From an uncultured Nitrososphaerota archaeon (lineage in GTDB: Archaea; Thermoproteota; Nitrososphaeria; Nitrososphaerales; Nitrosopumilaceae), in assembly GCA_963701075.1 (NCBI GenBank), contig OY969559.1:352001-416000 (forward strand): 64,000 nucleotides of DNA. The letters are read 5' to 3'. Below the pieces are notes generated by a model that worked only from the letters and a program-made list of their open reading frames with translations, did no database searches and was not told where the DNA came from. This document shows, one piece after another, positions 40,391 through 50,688 of this stretch. Made by a program: the position numbers and the translations under genes. Each line of letters starts with the position of its first letter. The stretch's first letter is position 1.

Positions 40391-41176
40391 TTGATGACTG
40401 GTAAATTATACATTGTAGGCGTAGGACCGGGTCATCATGACCACATGACTTTTCGAGCTAAACAAGTAATTGAAGAAAGCAATACAATTGTGGGATACGA
40501 GACATACGTAAACTTGGTAGAAGATCTCATTGACGGAAAGGAAGTTCATAGGTATGCCATGACACAAGAAGTAGAGCGTGCTCATCAATGCATCGAGCTT
40601 GCAAAGGCAGGCAAGATAGTTTCTCTGGTATCAAGCGGAGATCCGGGCATTTATGGCATGGCAGGCTTGATCTACGAAGTTCTAGCAGAAGAAGGCTGGG
40701 ACAGAAAAACTGGCCTATACGTTGAGATCATTCCAGGAGTTTCCTCTCTTAACTCATGTGCGGCACTAGTTGGCTCGCCACTCATGACAGATTTTGCAGT
40801 AGTTAGCATGAGTGACTTGCTTGTACCCTGGGAAATTATAATAAAAAGAGTTGAAGCGGCAGCACAAGGAGATTTTGTAATTGTGATATACAATCCTGCA
40901 AGCAAGAAAAGAATTCACCAACTACAAGATACAAGAAAACTTTTGTTAAAATATCGCGCCCCAAACACTCCAGTAGCTATAGTCAAGGGGGCATACAGAG
41001 AATCACAAGAAGTTGTTTTGACTGATCTTGAAAACATGGAAAGTCATCAAGACAAGCTAGGAATGATTACTACTGTGATAATAGGCAACTCTTCTACGTA
41101 CAGATACAAGGACATGATGGTAAACCCTCGTGGATACACATCAAAATACAATATTGCAGAACCTCAGGCACGCTAA
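40391..41176 (+). CDS. cbiH: Precorrin-3B C17-methyltransferase
   Basis: VGVGPG, SSGDPGIYGMAG, SMSDLLVPWE, IYNPAS, NPRGY. Confidence 0.93.
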   Translation: MMTGKLYIVGVGPGHHDHMTFRAKQVIEESNTIVGYETYVNLVEDLIDGKEVHRYAMTQEVERAHQCIELAKAGKIVSLVSSGDPGIYGMAGLIYEVLAEEGWDRKTGLYVEIIPGVSSLNSCAALVGSPLMTDFAVVSMSDLLVPWEIIIKRVEAAAQGDFVIVIYNPASKKRIHQLQDTRKLLLKYRAPNTPVAIVKGAYRESQEVVLTDLENMESHQDKLGMITTVIIGNSSTYRYKDMMVNPRGYTSKYNIAEPQAR

Positions 41177-41183
41177 AAATAAC

Positions 41184-42164
41184 ATGATGCCAATCCAGGT
41201 AGGCCTTACCTTACCGCAAGGGTGGCTAGATGAATTTCCTACAAAGAATTCTCATGAGCAATTCCTCTTTTCCAAAAACGTTGCATTAAAGGCTGAAAGT
41301 CTTGGCTATGCTGCAGGATATGTTTATGATCATTTCATTCCACACTATGGAAACAACAGCAGTGGGCCATTTTTTGAAGCCTATACTCTGCTTTCCGCTA
41401 TTGCATCTGTCACATCAAAATTAAGGATTGGCCAGGTGGTTACATGTAACTCTTACAGGCATCCGTCTCTTCTTGCCAAAATGACATCTACGATTGATGC
41501 AATTAGCAACGGCAGGCTTGAGTTTGGCATAGGCGCAGGGTGGTTTGAATACGAGTATGATTCCTATGGCTACAAATTTCACAATGCCGCAACAAGAATA
41601 GAGCAACTTGATGAATCTCTGACAATCATTAAAAAAATGTGGCAAAACAAGAGATCAAGTTTTACAGGCAAGCACTATTTCATCAAAAACGCAATCTGTA
41701 ATCCAAAACCCATGCAAGATCCCCATCCTCCCATAATGGTGGGAGGTGCTGGAAGCAAGCTAATGGAGGTTGTGGCAAGACATGCCACGAGATATAATCA
41801 CCCATTTGGCACTCCTGAGATATTGCAGGAGAAGATCAACCTGCTAAAGACAAAATGCAAGTTGGTAAAGCGAGACTGCAAAGAGATTGAAAACTCTGTT
41901 CTTTTACGGGTACTTGTCGGTAAAGACAGCGATGACGTAAAGAAAATCATTTTGGGACTAAAGAAGAAAAATGAATCAATAGCAGATTTTCTTCTTCGCT
42001 CAAAAGACAGTATTGCTCTTGGTACTCCTGAAGAGGTGGCTGCATATCTTGGGCGCTATCAGAAAATTGGCATTAATTATTTTATAGTTAATTTTGTGGG
42101 CCTGACAAAATCACTTGATATGCTTTCAGTATTTTCCAAAAAAGTTATTCCGCTTCTTAGGTAG
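41184..42164 (+). CDS. Luciferase-like monooxygenase (LLM) family, probably F420-dependent oxidoreductase
   Basis: YDHF, YRHPSLLAKM, GRLEFGIGAGW, PKPMQDPHPPIMVGG. Confidence 0.9.
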   Translation: MMPIQVGLTLPQGWLDEFPTKNSHEQFLFSKNVALKAESLGYAAGYVYDHFIPHYGNNSSGPFFEAYTLLSAIASVTSKLRIGQVVTCNSYRHPSLLAKMTSTIDAISNGRLEFGIGAGWFEYEYDSYGYKFHNAATRIEQLDESLTIIKKMWQNKRSSFTGKHYFIKNAICNPKPMQDPHPPIMVGGAGSKLMEVVARHATRYNHPFGTPEILQEKINLLKTKCKLVKRDCKEIENSVLLRVLVGKDSDDVKKIILGLKKKNESIADFLLRSKDSIALGTPEEVAAYLGRYQKIGINYFIVNFVGLTKSLDMLSVFSKKVIPLLR

Positions 42165-43212
42165 TTGCTTTGATTGATTCGTAGAGCTCTGGAGACAAGA
42201 CCAGCTTCTCCCCTATTGGCCTTACTATATCGGATACATATTTTCCTGCGCTAGTTTTCAGGTCGGAAGGATGTATCTTTTTTTCTGAAAAGTCCTTTTC
42301 TAGCTGTTGATAGCTAGTGTAGCTAACATTGCCGCCAAATTTCTCTGGCCTTTCTATGGTAATTTCGTTGAATTGATGAAATATGACATACCTGAAAATT
42401 TCAAGGATGGGGTTTTTCTCCACTATTCCTTCAGGACACCAAGCTTTTTTGAATTTGGATCTTATCTCTTCTTCTGAATCATGGATAAATATTCCTGATG
42501 TTGCCTTTGATTTACTCATTTTACTTGAGATAACCTGTGAATCAGAATCAGTTCCAGTCTCTGGCTCGCCCAGGCCTGCAAGTATGTGGTGGTGGACTGC
42601 CACCGGTACCTTCCACTTCATCTTGGGAAATATTTCTCGCACCAGCATGTGTATTTTTCTTTGATCCATTCCTGCATGTACTATATCCAGATCCATGGAA
42701 TGAATGTCAACAGCTTGCATGGGTGGATAGAAGAGCTGGCCCAGCTCGATCTTGTCCTTATCGGCACTTCTTCCCATTATTGTAAGCGAGCGCATTGTTC
42801 TGTCAAGCGACATATTTTTTGCAAACTTGACCAAATCCATCCAATAGTCCTTTCTTGACTCGTAAAGTTCAGAGCCTCCGACAATTTCTACACCTGGACA
42901 GAAGAGCTTGAAAGCATCAGCATAGTATTTTGAGACTGTCTTTATCTTGTCCCAGTCTCCTCCCAACTTGTTATTGATGTAGGTGTGCCAGTCTGCTAAA
43001 AATACGGTACACTTTACTCCAGCTTTGATGAAATCATTTATCTTAAATCCCGTCAGTATCAAACTTCCAAGATGCAAAAATCCGGAAATTTCCAACCCGA
43101 TGTAATGCTTGGGGCGTGCATTTGTGTTAAACAGATGAAGCAGTTCTTCTTGCGTAACTACTTCTTCAGTAGGGTCTCTTGTAACAAGGTTGATTTTTTC
43201 TGTAACGTCCAC
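42157..43212 (-). CDS. tyrS: Tyrosine--tRNA ligase
   Basis: YIGLEISGFLHLG, ADWH, YPPMQAVD, GMDQRK, KMSKS. Confidence 0.96.
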   Translation of the reverse strand: MDVTEKINLVTRDPTEEVVTQEELLHLFNTNARPKHYIGLEISGFLHLGSLILTGFKINDFIKAGVKCTVFLADWHTYINNKLGGDWDKIKTVSKYYADAFKLFCPGVEIVGGSELYESRKDYWMDLVKFAKNMSLDRTMRSLTIMGRSADKDKIELGQLFYPPMQAVDIHSMDLDIVHAGMDQRKIHMLVREIFPKMKWKVPVAVHHHILAGLGEPETGTDSDSQVISSKMSKSKATSGIFIHDSEEEIRSKFKKAWCPEGIVEKNPILEIFRYVIFHQFNEITIERPEKFGGNVSYTSYQQLEKDFSEKKIHPSDLKTSAGKYVSDIVRPIGEKLVLSPELYESIKATT

Positions 43213-43263
43213 TTCGAGTCAAATCTTCCCTTGTGATGCTATAAAGTTACGGGTTCTCTCAAG

Positions 43264-43827
43264 TTATGCATCAATATCATCTAGTTTCTTTCTTGGCCTT
43301 GTGCTAAGATATAGCGCGTGTGAGCTTATGACAACGGCAGCAAGGAACATTTTTGTTGCAAAGTTGAGGTTCCATGGTCTGCTAGGATCAGGATAAGCTA
43401 TTGTTAAAGAGTCTATATCAGGAACCTTTCCATTAACAATTCCAGCTGTAATCTGTGCATTAAGAACAACAAAGTTGTAAATTGCCTCATACAGGCATAT
43501 TGCTGCCAGTCCTGCCAACATTAGCTGTACCAGTGAGAGTTGCCAAGAGGGAACCCCCACTGTTCTCTTCCAGCCAATTCTTGTCACGCAATACCAGCCA
43601 ATTATTGTAGAAAAGAAGAGCCACGAGGTTAGCTTGGCAAAATGGGCCGTAGGAAACTCGGTCTTTTCTAATATCTCGCCCATCACATATGTTCCATTTT
43701 TTTGCCATTCTTGGGTCATCCCATAAATTCCATAGAAAGTTATGGATACCATTATGAATCCGCATGCGTAGAAAATGTAAAGATATACTTTGTATCCTGA
43801 CTGTTCCTTATCCAAACCAATCTTCAT
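43264..43827 (-). CDS. Membrane protein (4 TM)
   Basis: Hydrophobic segments; divergent from the DegT gene. Confidence 0.7.
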   Translation of the reverse strand: MKIGLDKEQSGYKVYLYIFYACGFIMVSITFYGIYGMTQEWQKNGTYVMGEILEKTEFPTAHFAKLTSWLFFSTIIGWYCVTRIGWKRTVGVPSWQLSLVQLMLAGLAAICLYEAIYNFVVLNAQITAGIVNGKVPDIDSLTIAYPDPSRPWNLNFATKMFLAAVVISSHALYLSTRPRKKLDDIDA

Positions 43828-43917
43828 TAAACTACGATTGATCCCGCCTGAAATATAAGAATTGGTTTTATTTTCATTCGGAAGTTTAATTATAGTATAA
43901 AGTTTGGTAATACATAA

Positions 43918-45006
43918 TTGAAAATTCCAATAAACGTTCCAATAATAGAAAAGGAAGAGATCAGTGAAGTACGAGATGTATTACTGGAAAGATCGTTAAC
44001 ATCTGCTTCAAATTCTGGAGGCAAGAGAGTTCAGGAATTTGAAGGACTATTGTCATCATATACTGGATCAAGATATGCAGTAGCAGTAAATTCAGGAACT
44101 GCAGCGCTGCAAGCGGCTCTTTATGCCCTTGGCATAAAAAGTGGAGACGAAGTCCTTCTTCCATCATTTACCTTTGTAGCCACTGCAAACTCTGTCATGT
44201 CAGTTGGGGCAAAGCCAGTGTTTGTTGACGTGGCCCCGGATAATTATACAATGGATCCTTATGACCTAAAGAAAAAGATTACAAAAAAATCAAAGGCAAT
44301 AATGCCTGTCCACCTGTACGGAAATTTTTCATACATGGATGAGATCTCTGAGATAGCAGACAGGCATAACCTCGATGTAGTCGAAGATGCTGCACAGTCA
44401 CTGGGAACTACATACAAGAAGAAACAATCCGGAACATTCTCGCAACTAGGATGCTTTAGCATGTATGCTGCAAAGGTAATGACATCAGGAGAAGGTGGAG
44501 CAATTGTTACAAACGACAAGGAGGTCTTTGAAAAACTGCGTAAAATAAGAAACCATGGAATGCTGCATGGATACGATACTAGAATTTTAGGGCTAAATCT
44601 CAGGCTTCCAGAAATATCTGCTGCAATAGCCAAGATCCAAATGAAAAAGCTTCCCAAGTTTCTCAAAAAAAGAGAGAGCAACGCCAAAATTCTAACAGAA
44701 CTTTTGGGTGACTTGGACTTTATCTTGCCGATAGAAAGGGCCGGCGTCAAAGTAAATTGGTACCTTTATACAATTTCTACAAAGAACCGCAACAAGCTGG
44801 CAAAACAACTAAACGAAAAAGGAATTGGCGCGACTGCTTATTACTCAATTCCTGTACACAAAACTCCATTTTACAAAAGTAAAACAGAATTACCGATGAC
44901 TGACTGGGCGGCTTCAACCGTTCTGAGCTTGCCGGTGCATCCCCTTGTTACAGAAAATGATCTTCATTACATCTCCAAAACAATTCATCAATTGATTGAA
45001 AAATGA
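43918..45006 (+). CDS. DegT/DnrJ/EryC1/StrS PLP aminotransferase
   Basis: NSGTAAL, TFVATAN, PVHLYG, EDAAQS, K.MTSGEGG, GLNLR. Confidence 0.93.
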   Translation: MKIPINVPIIEKEEISEVRDVLLERSLTSASNSGGKRVQEFEGLLSSYTGSRYAVAVNSGTAALQAALYALGIKSGDEVLLPSFTFVATANSVMSVGAKPVFVDVAPDNYTMDPYDLKKKITKKSKAIMPVHLYGNFSYMDEISEIADRHNLDVVEDAAQSLGTTYKKKQSGTFSQLGCFSMYAAKVMTSGEGGAIVTNDKEVFEKLRKIRNHGMLHGYDTRILGLNLRLPEISAAIAKIQMKKLPKFLKKRESNAKILTELLGDLDFILPIERAGVKVNWYLYTISTKNRNKLAKQLNEKGIGATAYYSIPVHKTPFYKSKTELPMTDWAASTVLSLPVHPLVTENDLHYISKTIHQLIEK

Positions 45007-45482
45007 ATCCAATAGCAGAGATGGTAGGGGAATTATGCAAAATCCTGCTTCCAATTGAGGACAGGGTTTACTTTGGCAATTCTGAATCTGGTATAGCAGT
45101 ATGCACCTTGTCTAGCATGGAACTGCTTGGCAAAATTGTAAACTCTGCACTCATGGCCCAAGTTAACATTGCTGGAAGATTACTTTCAGAAAACAAGGGA
45201 ATTGATTTACTTGTTAGGCATGTAATATCCGATAGGAAAATTTGCACCATCGTTCTATGTGGCAAAGATACGATAGGACACAGGCCGGGGCATTCGTTAC
45301 TTTGTTTGCACCAAAATGGAATAGACTGTGATGGGAGAATAATTGGCTCCCAAAGTCCAGATCCTATTTTATCATTGACAAATGGAGAAGTATTAAAATT
45401 TCAAAACCAAGTAAGAATCATTGACAAGATGGGAGAAACTGAGATCTCAAATCTCAGGCCAGAAATTAGCAGCAAAAACTGA
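45003..45482 (+). CDS. mtrA: MtrA-like corrinoid protein (soluble, no TM tail)
   Basis: IAVCTLSS, SENKGI, LCGKD..GH..G.SL, NGI...IIG...P. Confidence 0.85.
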   Translation: MNPIAEMVGELCKILLPIEDRVYFGNSESGIAVCTLSSMELLGKIVNSALMAQVNIAGRLLSENKGIDLLVRHVISDRKICTIVLCGKDTIGHRPGHSLLCLHQNGIDCDGRIIGSQSPDPILSLTNGEVLKFQNQVRIIDKMGETEISNLRPEISSKN

Positions 45483-45484
45483 TT

Positions 45485-45817
45485 TCAATAACCGTCAAGC
45501 TGTCTTTGTTTGTTAACCTGGTGTTTCTTTTGATATTCCTTTAGTATGTCCTCTGGAGTCATCTTCAGTTCCAGCGATGCCTGGACCACAAAGTGCCATA
45601 TATCAATAAGCTCCTCTCGGGCTGCTGCCTCATCAAATTCTGTTGGTTTTTTCCACCACTTCCAATTAGTTGTCCGCTGTAACTCCACTGCCTCATGAAT
45701 TATGGCAGTACACAGTGAAGAGATTTTTCCTTGCGCGTCCTTTGGATAACGCTCTAGATTCATCATCTTTTCTAAATTCTTTTGTAGCGCAAAAATTGTG
45801 TCCAGCTTGTCTTCCAT
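45485..45817 (-). CDS. All-alpha dimeric dUTPase / MazG-like NTP pyrophosphatase
   Basis: HEAVEL...WKWWK...EELIDIWHF...K..VN..R. Confidence 0.85.
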   Translation of the reverse strand: MEDKLDTIFALQKNLEKMMNLERYPKDAQGKISSLCTAIIHEAVELQRTTNWKWWKKPTEFDEAAAREELIDIWHFVVQASLELKMTPEDILKEYQKKHQVNKQRQLDGY

Positions 45818-45851
45818 GGGCTCTTTTTCTATTTGATATCTATAACCTTTG

Positions 45852-46745
45852 TCAGAAGTGAACCATTTTTCTATAATGCCTGAACCTGTTCTGGATCTGT
45901 GGCTTTCTTAGTTTGACCAAGCCTGCAATTCCGTATTTTTCAACGGCAAATGAGCCCATCACATTTCCATACACTGCCGCCTCTCTGATTGTTGACATCT
46001 TTGTACTGTTTTTACTGGCCATATATCCAATCATGCCTCCAGCAAAAGAATCTCCTGCTCCTGTTGGGTCTACGATATTTTCAAGTGAAAAGGCAGGCGA
46101 GGGAAAGACAATATCGTCATAAAATAGCAGGGATCCGTGCTCTCCCTTCTTTATGATTACAAATCTTGTGCCCCATTCCATGATCTTTTTTGCCGCCTTG
46201 ATTAGGTTGTGAGTCTTTGTAAGCAACTTGGCCTCTTCGTCATTTATAACAACAGAATCTACTGCCCCCATCATCTTTATGACATCATTTCTTTTCGTAG
46301 AGATCCAGAAATCTATGGTATCACACATGGAAAACTTGACTCTGTCAAATTCCTTGATTATCTTTGTATTTTGGGCGGGATCATTGTTTGCAAGGTAAAC
46401 AAATTCTGATCTTCTGTATTCTTCGGGAACTATCGGTCTGAAATCCTTCAATACGTTTAGTTCAGTCTTGTTGGTTGTCCTGGAACTTAATGTCAGGTCA
46501 TAGCTTCCATCATATCGGAAGGTTCGTCCGTTTGCATGTACTACACCTTTGATGTCTACGAACCTGTTCAAGATCTCTTGATATTTTTTTGGAAAATCAT
46601 GGCCCACCACTGCAATAAGGCCGGGTTTTTGAAAAAAACTTGCAGATACTGCCGCATATGTGGCAGCACCCCCCAGTGCATTTTTAATTACTCTGGAAGG
46701 AGTCCTAATGGTATCTATCGCAACAGATCCAAAAACCGTCAGCAT
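45852..46745 (-). CDS. PfkB-family sugar/nucleoside kinase
   Basis: GGAATY, NDEEA, KKGEHG, DPTGAGDSFAGG. Confidence 0.92.
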   Translation of the reverse strand: MLTVFGSVAIDTIRTPSRVIKNALGGAATYAAVSASFFQKPGLIAVVGHDFPKKYQEILNRFVDIKGVVHANGRTFRYDGSYDLTLSSRTTNKTELNVLKDFRPIVPEEYRRSEFVYLANNDPAQNTKIIKEFDRVKFSMCDTIDFWISTKRNDVIKMMGAVDSVVINDEEAKLLTKTHNLIKAAKKIMEWGTRFVIIKKGEHGSLLFYDDIVFPSPAFSLENIVDPTGAGDSFAGGMIGYMASKNSTKMSTIREAAVYGNVMGSFAVEKYGIAGLVKLRKPQIQNRFRHYRKMVHF

Positions 46746-46757
46746 ACTTTGCTGTTT

Positions 46758-47228
46758 TTAGGTACCGTCTATAAACGCTTTAGATTCGTCCTGTGTCGGA
46801 TAGTATGTGAATGGAATGCTGACAGTTGTAAAGAGGACGTCATACTGACTTGTTCCTGTTAGCTTTAGACTGGGAACATTGTTGGTATTGTTATACTTGT
46901 CCAATACTGCCGTGTTAGCAAGAAACGGAGTCTGAGCAACCGTCTTTCCCATTGCTGGAATAACTGATGGCTGCAATACTCCATTGCCAAGATTCTCTCC
47001 GTTAGCAGCCACTGCAAAACTGGTTCTTCCAACGGTTAGAAACAACAGTGAGGGATTGTTGAATTGAAGCTGAAGGTTATAGAGTGTACCCAGGCTAGTC
47101 TTATCTACAACCTTGCTTTGAATAATGGAAACATGTAGCTGAGACACTAATAGATATTGGCTAACCCCAAAGATGCTTACAGCCGCAACAACGATGCTTA
47201 TGACTATGATTTTGGTTCTTTTCTCCAT
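46758..47228 (-). CDS. LEA_2/WHy-domain membrane-anchored protein
   Basis: N-terminal TM; NP motif followed by NG..LGNG. Confidence 0.7.
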   Translation of the reverse strand: MEKRTKIIVISIVVAAVSIFGVSQYLLVSQLHVSIIQSKVVDKTSLGTLYNLQLQFNNPSLLFLTVGRTSFAVAANGENLGNGVLQPSVIPAMGKTVAQTPFLANTAVLDKYNNTNNVPSLKLTGTSQYDVLFTTVSIPFTYYPTQDESKAFIDGT

Positions 47229-47366
47229 GCTGAAGAAGATATAAAATCCCTTTTTAGCACAGGTAGGAAAAAAATCCGAATAACTTGTTTAAACTTTTTG
47301 ATCTGTTTTTAAAGCTACTTAGAGCTAACAGAATAAATCAAAATAGAGAGGAGTGAATATTACAAA

Positions 47367-47840
47367 ATGGCCAGAATCAGAATCAGATATGGACAAAATG
47401 AGATTGAGATCGAGTCCAAGGATTTCTATATCGACAATCAAAGTGTGGATCAGGTAATAAACAACCTCTCAGTACACGTCAAAGATTACAGCGCAAGCAC
47501 ACTTCAGTATGATTATTCATACGGCCAACCTGCCCAAGGCGCCGAAGTCCTAAACATGCTCAATGACGCAGAGATTCACGAGCCAGAATTTGTCAAGCCA
47601 ACATTCCTTGATAAGGCGCAAATAAAGAGCAAGATTCGAACACTTGCTGAGGATGCGTTTTTTGACCAACCACGAACAACCTCAGAGGTTGTTGCTCAAT
47701 TACATGAATACGGATGGGCAGCGGTTCCACTTGATGTATCCAAAGCACTAACAGACATGGCCTTTGGCAATGAACTCCAAAAAGACCTACGAGAAAAACG
47801 CAATTACTACTCCCTTGCCAAGATGATAGAACTTAACTAG
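47367..47840 (+). CDS. Hypothetical protein with N-terminal beta hairpin and C-terminal winged helix
   Basis: ARIRIRYGQNEIEIE; FFDQPRTTSEVVAQL...VSKAL...YY. Confidence 0.7.
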   Translation: MARIRIRYGQNEIEIESKDFYIDNQSVDQVINNLSVHVKDYSASTLQYDYSYGQPAQGAEVLNMLNDAEIHEPEFVKPTFLDKAQIKSKIRTLAEDAFFDQPRTTSEVVAQLHEYGWAAVPLDVSKALTDMAFGNELQKDLREKRNYYSLAKMIELN

Positions 47841-48018
47841 TTTTATAGCCACACTTGCTGCAGGAATCAAACACATCTCCTTCCAAGTGATCAAAATGAG
47901 TATTGCACTTTAGGCACGTGTGATGCATGTCAAAATAGCCGTCATTTTCAACTTTTCCAACGCGATTGGACTGCAACTCAATGCTCCCGCATTTTATACA
48001 ATGGCATTCGCATTGCAT
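47833..48018 (-). CDS. Small Cys/His-rich zinc-binding protein
   Basis: CECHCIKC, HHTCLKC..H..H, CSKC. Confidence 0.7.
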   Translation of the reverse strand: MQCECHCIKCGSIELQSNRVGKVENDGYFDMHHTCLKCNTHFDHLEGDVFDSCSKCGYKTS

Positions 48019-48040
48019 GGAACCAAGTGAATTTTTACTA

Positions 48041-48964
48041 TTAATAATCTAGGCGGAAATTCAATCTATTTGAAAATCTCAGAGCAACGACTGCCGAAAT
48101 TGCAATAGCTAATGGTACAAACATTGGAAACTCTGGGATTGAAGTTGTTCCTGTGATCTGCAGCGTTCCATTATGGACAGGGTTCATTCCTATCCAAGCA
48201 TATGTGCCATTGTCATTAAATAGATTAGTAAGAGTTGCATTGGAATTCATTGTTGCTTGGTATGGGCCCCACAAAAGCGCCTTGGGCATTATCACTGTGA
48301 CATAAGAATTTGGTTGGTCAACATTAAATGCATATGAGTTTGCTGATTGATTAAAAGTGGGCTGTCCTACGTTTGCCAGAGTTCTTATTCCAACATTGAA
48401 TGTCTGGTTCTGCCACTGTACTGTTTGAACACTTTCAGGTTCGTTGATGACATATGCAAGGGCCATGCCATTTCCAATTTGTCGGAGGCCTGGCTTGTCA
48501 CCTAGATAAACTGGTCTGTCTTGGGACCAAATCATATCTACTCCTTTAGGAAAATAAAAATCAGTAAAGACCGCATCGCTTGGAGCATAGTAAGCCCATG
48601 TCCATACTCCGTTATTGTCAGTTACTGCGTTAGGTATGTCATACTTGATCAGCGTTACATTTCTTTGAGTAGGCAACAATAGAATAGATACTGGATTTTG
48701 GCTAATTGTGGAATATTGTACAGAATTATTGAATTGATCAGTAACTGAAAAGTTGGTAAGATTGCCGGAAATCATGCCAACATGAACTGCACTGGTAGCA
48801 TTTCCTCGCACTTCATGAACTACATGAGCTGTTCCATTGTCATCAAGTGATACTCTGATATCTTCAATAGGGAACCCTCCCATCGATATCTGGCCAAATG
48901 CCGCTGTGGTTGAGAAAATTGTTACGGCTATCACGCAAGCGATGAGGAGTTTTAACATAGGCAT
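48041..48964 (-). CDS. Secreted surface protein with PEF-CTERM-type sorting signal
   Basis: Signal peptide; C-terminal IPEFP + TM + basic residues; many N-x-S/T sequons. Confidence 0.8.
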   Translation of the reverse strand: MPMLKLLIACVIAVTIFSTTAAFGQISMGGFPIEDIRVSLDDNGTAHVVHEVRGNATSAVHVGMISGNLTNFSVTDQFNNSVQYSTISQNPVSILLLPTQRNVTLIKYDIPNAVTDNNGVWTWAYYAPSDAVFTDFYFPKGVDMIWSQDRPVYLGDKPGLRQIGNGMALAYVINEPESVQTVQWQNQTFNVGIRTLANVGQPTFNQSANSYAFNVDQPNSYVTVIMPKALLWGPYQATMNSNATLTNLFNDNGTYAWIGMNPVHNGTLQITGTTSIPEFPMFVPLAIAISAVVALRFSNRLNFRLDY

Positions 48965-48965
48965 T

Positions 48966-49445
48966 CTATTCTGAGATCGTTACGCGTAGAATCTTGGCTT
49001 CTTGATTAGGACAGTCATTTTTGTCTCTTGGAAGATTTACTATCTTGTCAGCAACATCCATACCCTTCACTACCTCTGCAAATGCGGTATATTGTTTGTC
49101 AAGAAATGTACTATCGGTAGTAACTATGAAGAACTGTGAGCCCGCACTGTTTGGGTCGGTCACTCTTGCCATTGAGACAATTCCCCTCAAGTGTGACCTT
49201 GAATTGAATTCTGCCTTTATTGTGTAACCAGGTCCGCCCATGCCCCATTTGCTTTTGTTTGGTGTTTTGGTATTGGGATCGCCGCCCTGAATCATAAACC
49301 CGGGTATTACTCTGTGGAATAGAGTCCCGTCATAGAAATTACTTTTTGCAAGCTTGGTAAAATTTCGTACCGTTTCAGGAGCAATATTTGGAGATAATTC
49401 AAAGACAATGTTTCCAAAATTAGTCTCTAGAGTTGCTCGTGCCAC
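48966..49445 (-). CDS. Cyclophilin-type peptidyl-prolyl isomerase
   Basis: FYDGTLFHRVIPGFMIQGGDP, SAGSQFFI. Confidence 0.95.
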   Translation of the reverse strand: MARATLETNFGNIVFELSPNIAPETVRNFTKLAKSNFYDGTLFHRVIPGFMIQGGDPNTKTPNKSKWGMGGPGYTIKAEFNSRSHLRGIVSMARVTDPNSAGSQFFIVTTDSTFLDKQYTAFAEVVKGMDVADKIVNLPRDKNDCPNQEAKILRVTISE

Positions 49446-49726
49446 CTTTCACAACCCGACATTTTATCATAATAACCTTTCTACACAATTTTACTTTTTC
49501 AGTAAGAGGTTCCTTTGATTGTTCTATTGTAATCAATCAAGTACGATAAAAACATTTTATCTTGAATAAAATTAATTGGAAAAAATTCTGGAAAATTTTG
49601 AAAATTATGATACAAACATAAGATTAGAGGACTTTGTCAAAATACAAAACCGAATTTTTGTATGTGTCATGTTATTACAAAAACCATAGTAACAGTCTTA
49701 TATAGAAGATCTGAAAAATAAAAAAC

Positions 49727-49969
49727 GTGAATCGTACTACCCAAAGCACAAATATCAAGCAAGCAATCAACAGCCTGCTTGACAAAGGTCTTACAGATAA
49801 ACAAGATATCTACACAAAAGTTGTAGAAGAACTCGGGGTTCCAAGACCGACAGTAAGGCGGGTTGCAAGAGATCTTAGAAACGAACTTTTACAGAAAATT
49901 AAGATTTTGCAGTCTGAGGTTCCAGAATTAGAGGTAGATTCTAAGTCTGCTGCTAAAAGCAGTGACTAG
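49727..49969 (+). CDS. Small HTH protein
   Basis: IYTKVVEELGVPRPTVRRVARDL. Confidence 0.7.
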   Translation: MNRTTQSTNIKQAINSLLDKGLTDKQDIYTKVVEELGVPRPTVRRVARDLRNELLQKIKILQSEVPELEVDSKSAAKSSD

Positions 49970-50052
49970 TAAAATCCCTCTATTTTTATAAACACATTTT
50001 CTAGTTTGGAAATTTCCATTACTGTTATATTCTGCCACTGAAGAGTAAATTT

Positions 50053-50511
50053 ATGGGAAATATACCCACTATTGTAACATCTTGTCTCGCAATTGCGCTG
50101 ACCATAGTGTATGTTATAGTTTCAGATCAGGGCAAATTCACGTTCATGATATTGTCAGCAGCCGCCTGGTTTCTAGTTATAATATGCTGGATGGCTGACA
50201 AGAGTGAAAAATACATGCACAAACTTGGGGCTCATGACCAATCTCATGACGAAAAAAAAAAGCTAGCCACTAATTTTAGTCAGCAACAAAATACTGTTCA
50301 GATAAGCTCTAGTGAATTAAGCTACGCCAAAGCAGAACTTAGTGCTGATTTGGATGAACTGCAAAGCTCACTGAAGAACAAAGATGCAGAGATTGAAAAC
50401 CTCAAGGCAGAGATTGCAAGTCTTCATACTCTAGTTGAGATAGAGAAACTGAGGACAGACTTGGCAAATCTCAAAGCGCTTGCAGCCAAAGAAAGTGCCA
50501 AGAAGAAATAA
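50053..50511 (+). CDS. 2-TM protein with C-terminal coiled coil
   Basis: Two TMs, then heptads LDELQSSLKNKDAEIENLKAEIASL. Confidence 0.7.
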   Translation: MGNIPTIVTSCLAIALTIVYVIVSDQGKFTFMILSAAAWFLVIICWMADKSEKYMHKLGAHDQSHDEKKKLATNFSQQQNTVQISSSELSYAKAELSADLDELQSSLKNKDAEIENLKAEIASLHTLVEIEKLRTDLANLKALAAKESAKKK

Positions 50512-50688
50512 ACTACTTACAGTGAGAGCATCCGTGCTTTCCATGATTTTCTTTACACGAAGGACAACTAATGGCCCCTCCATAGTGGCAGTCACATCTG
50601 CAACCGTCATTTAGCTTTTCTTCTGTTATCAACTGATTAATGAGAATCAGACGTCATCTTAATATTTAACGATGTAAAATTACGAAAT

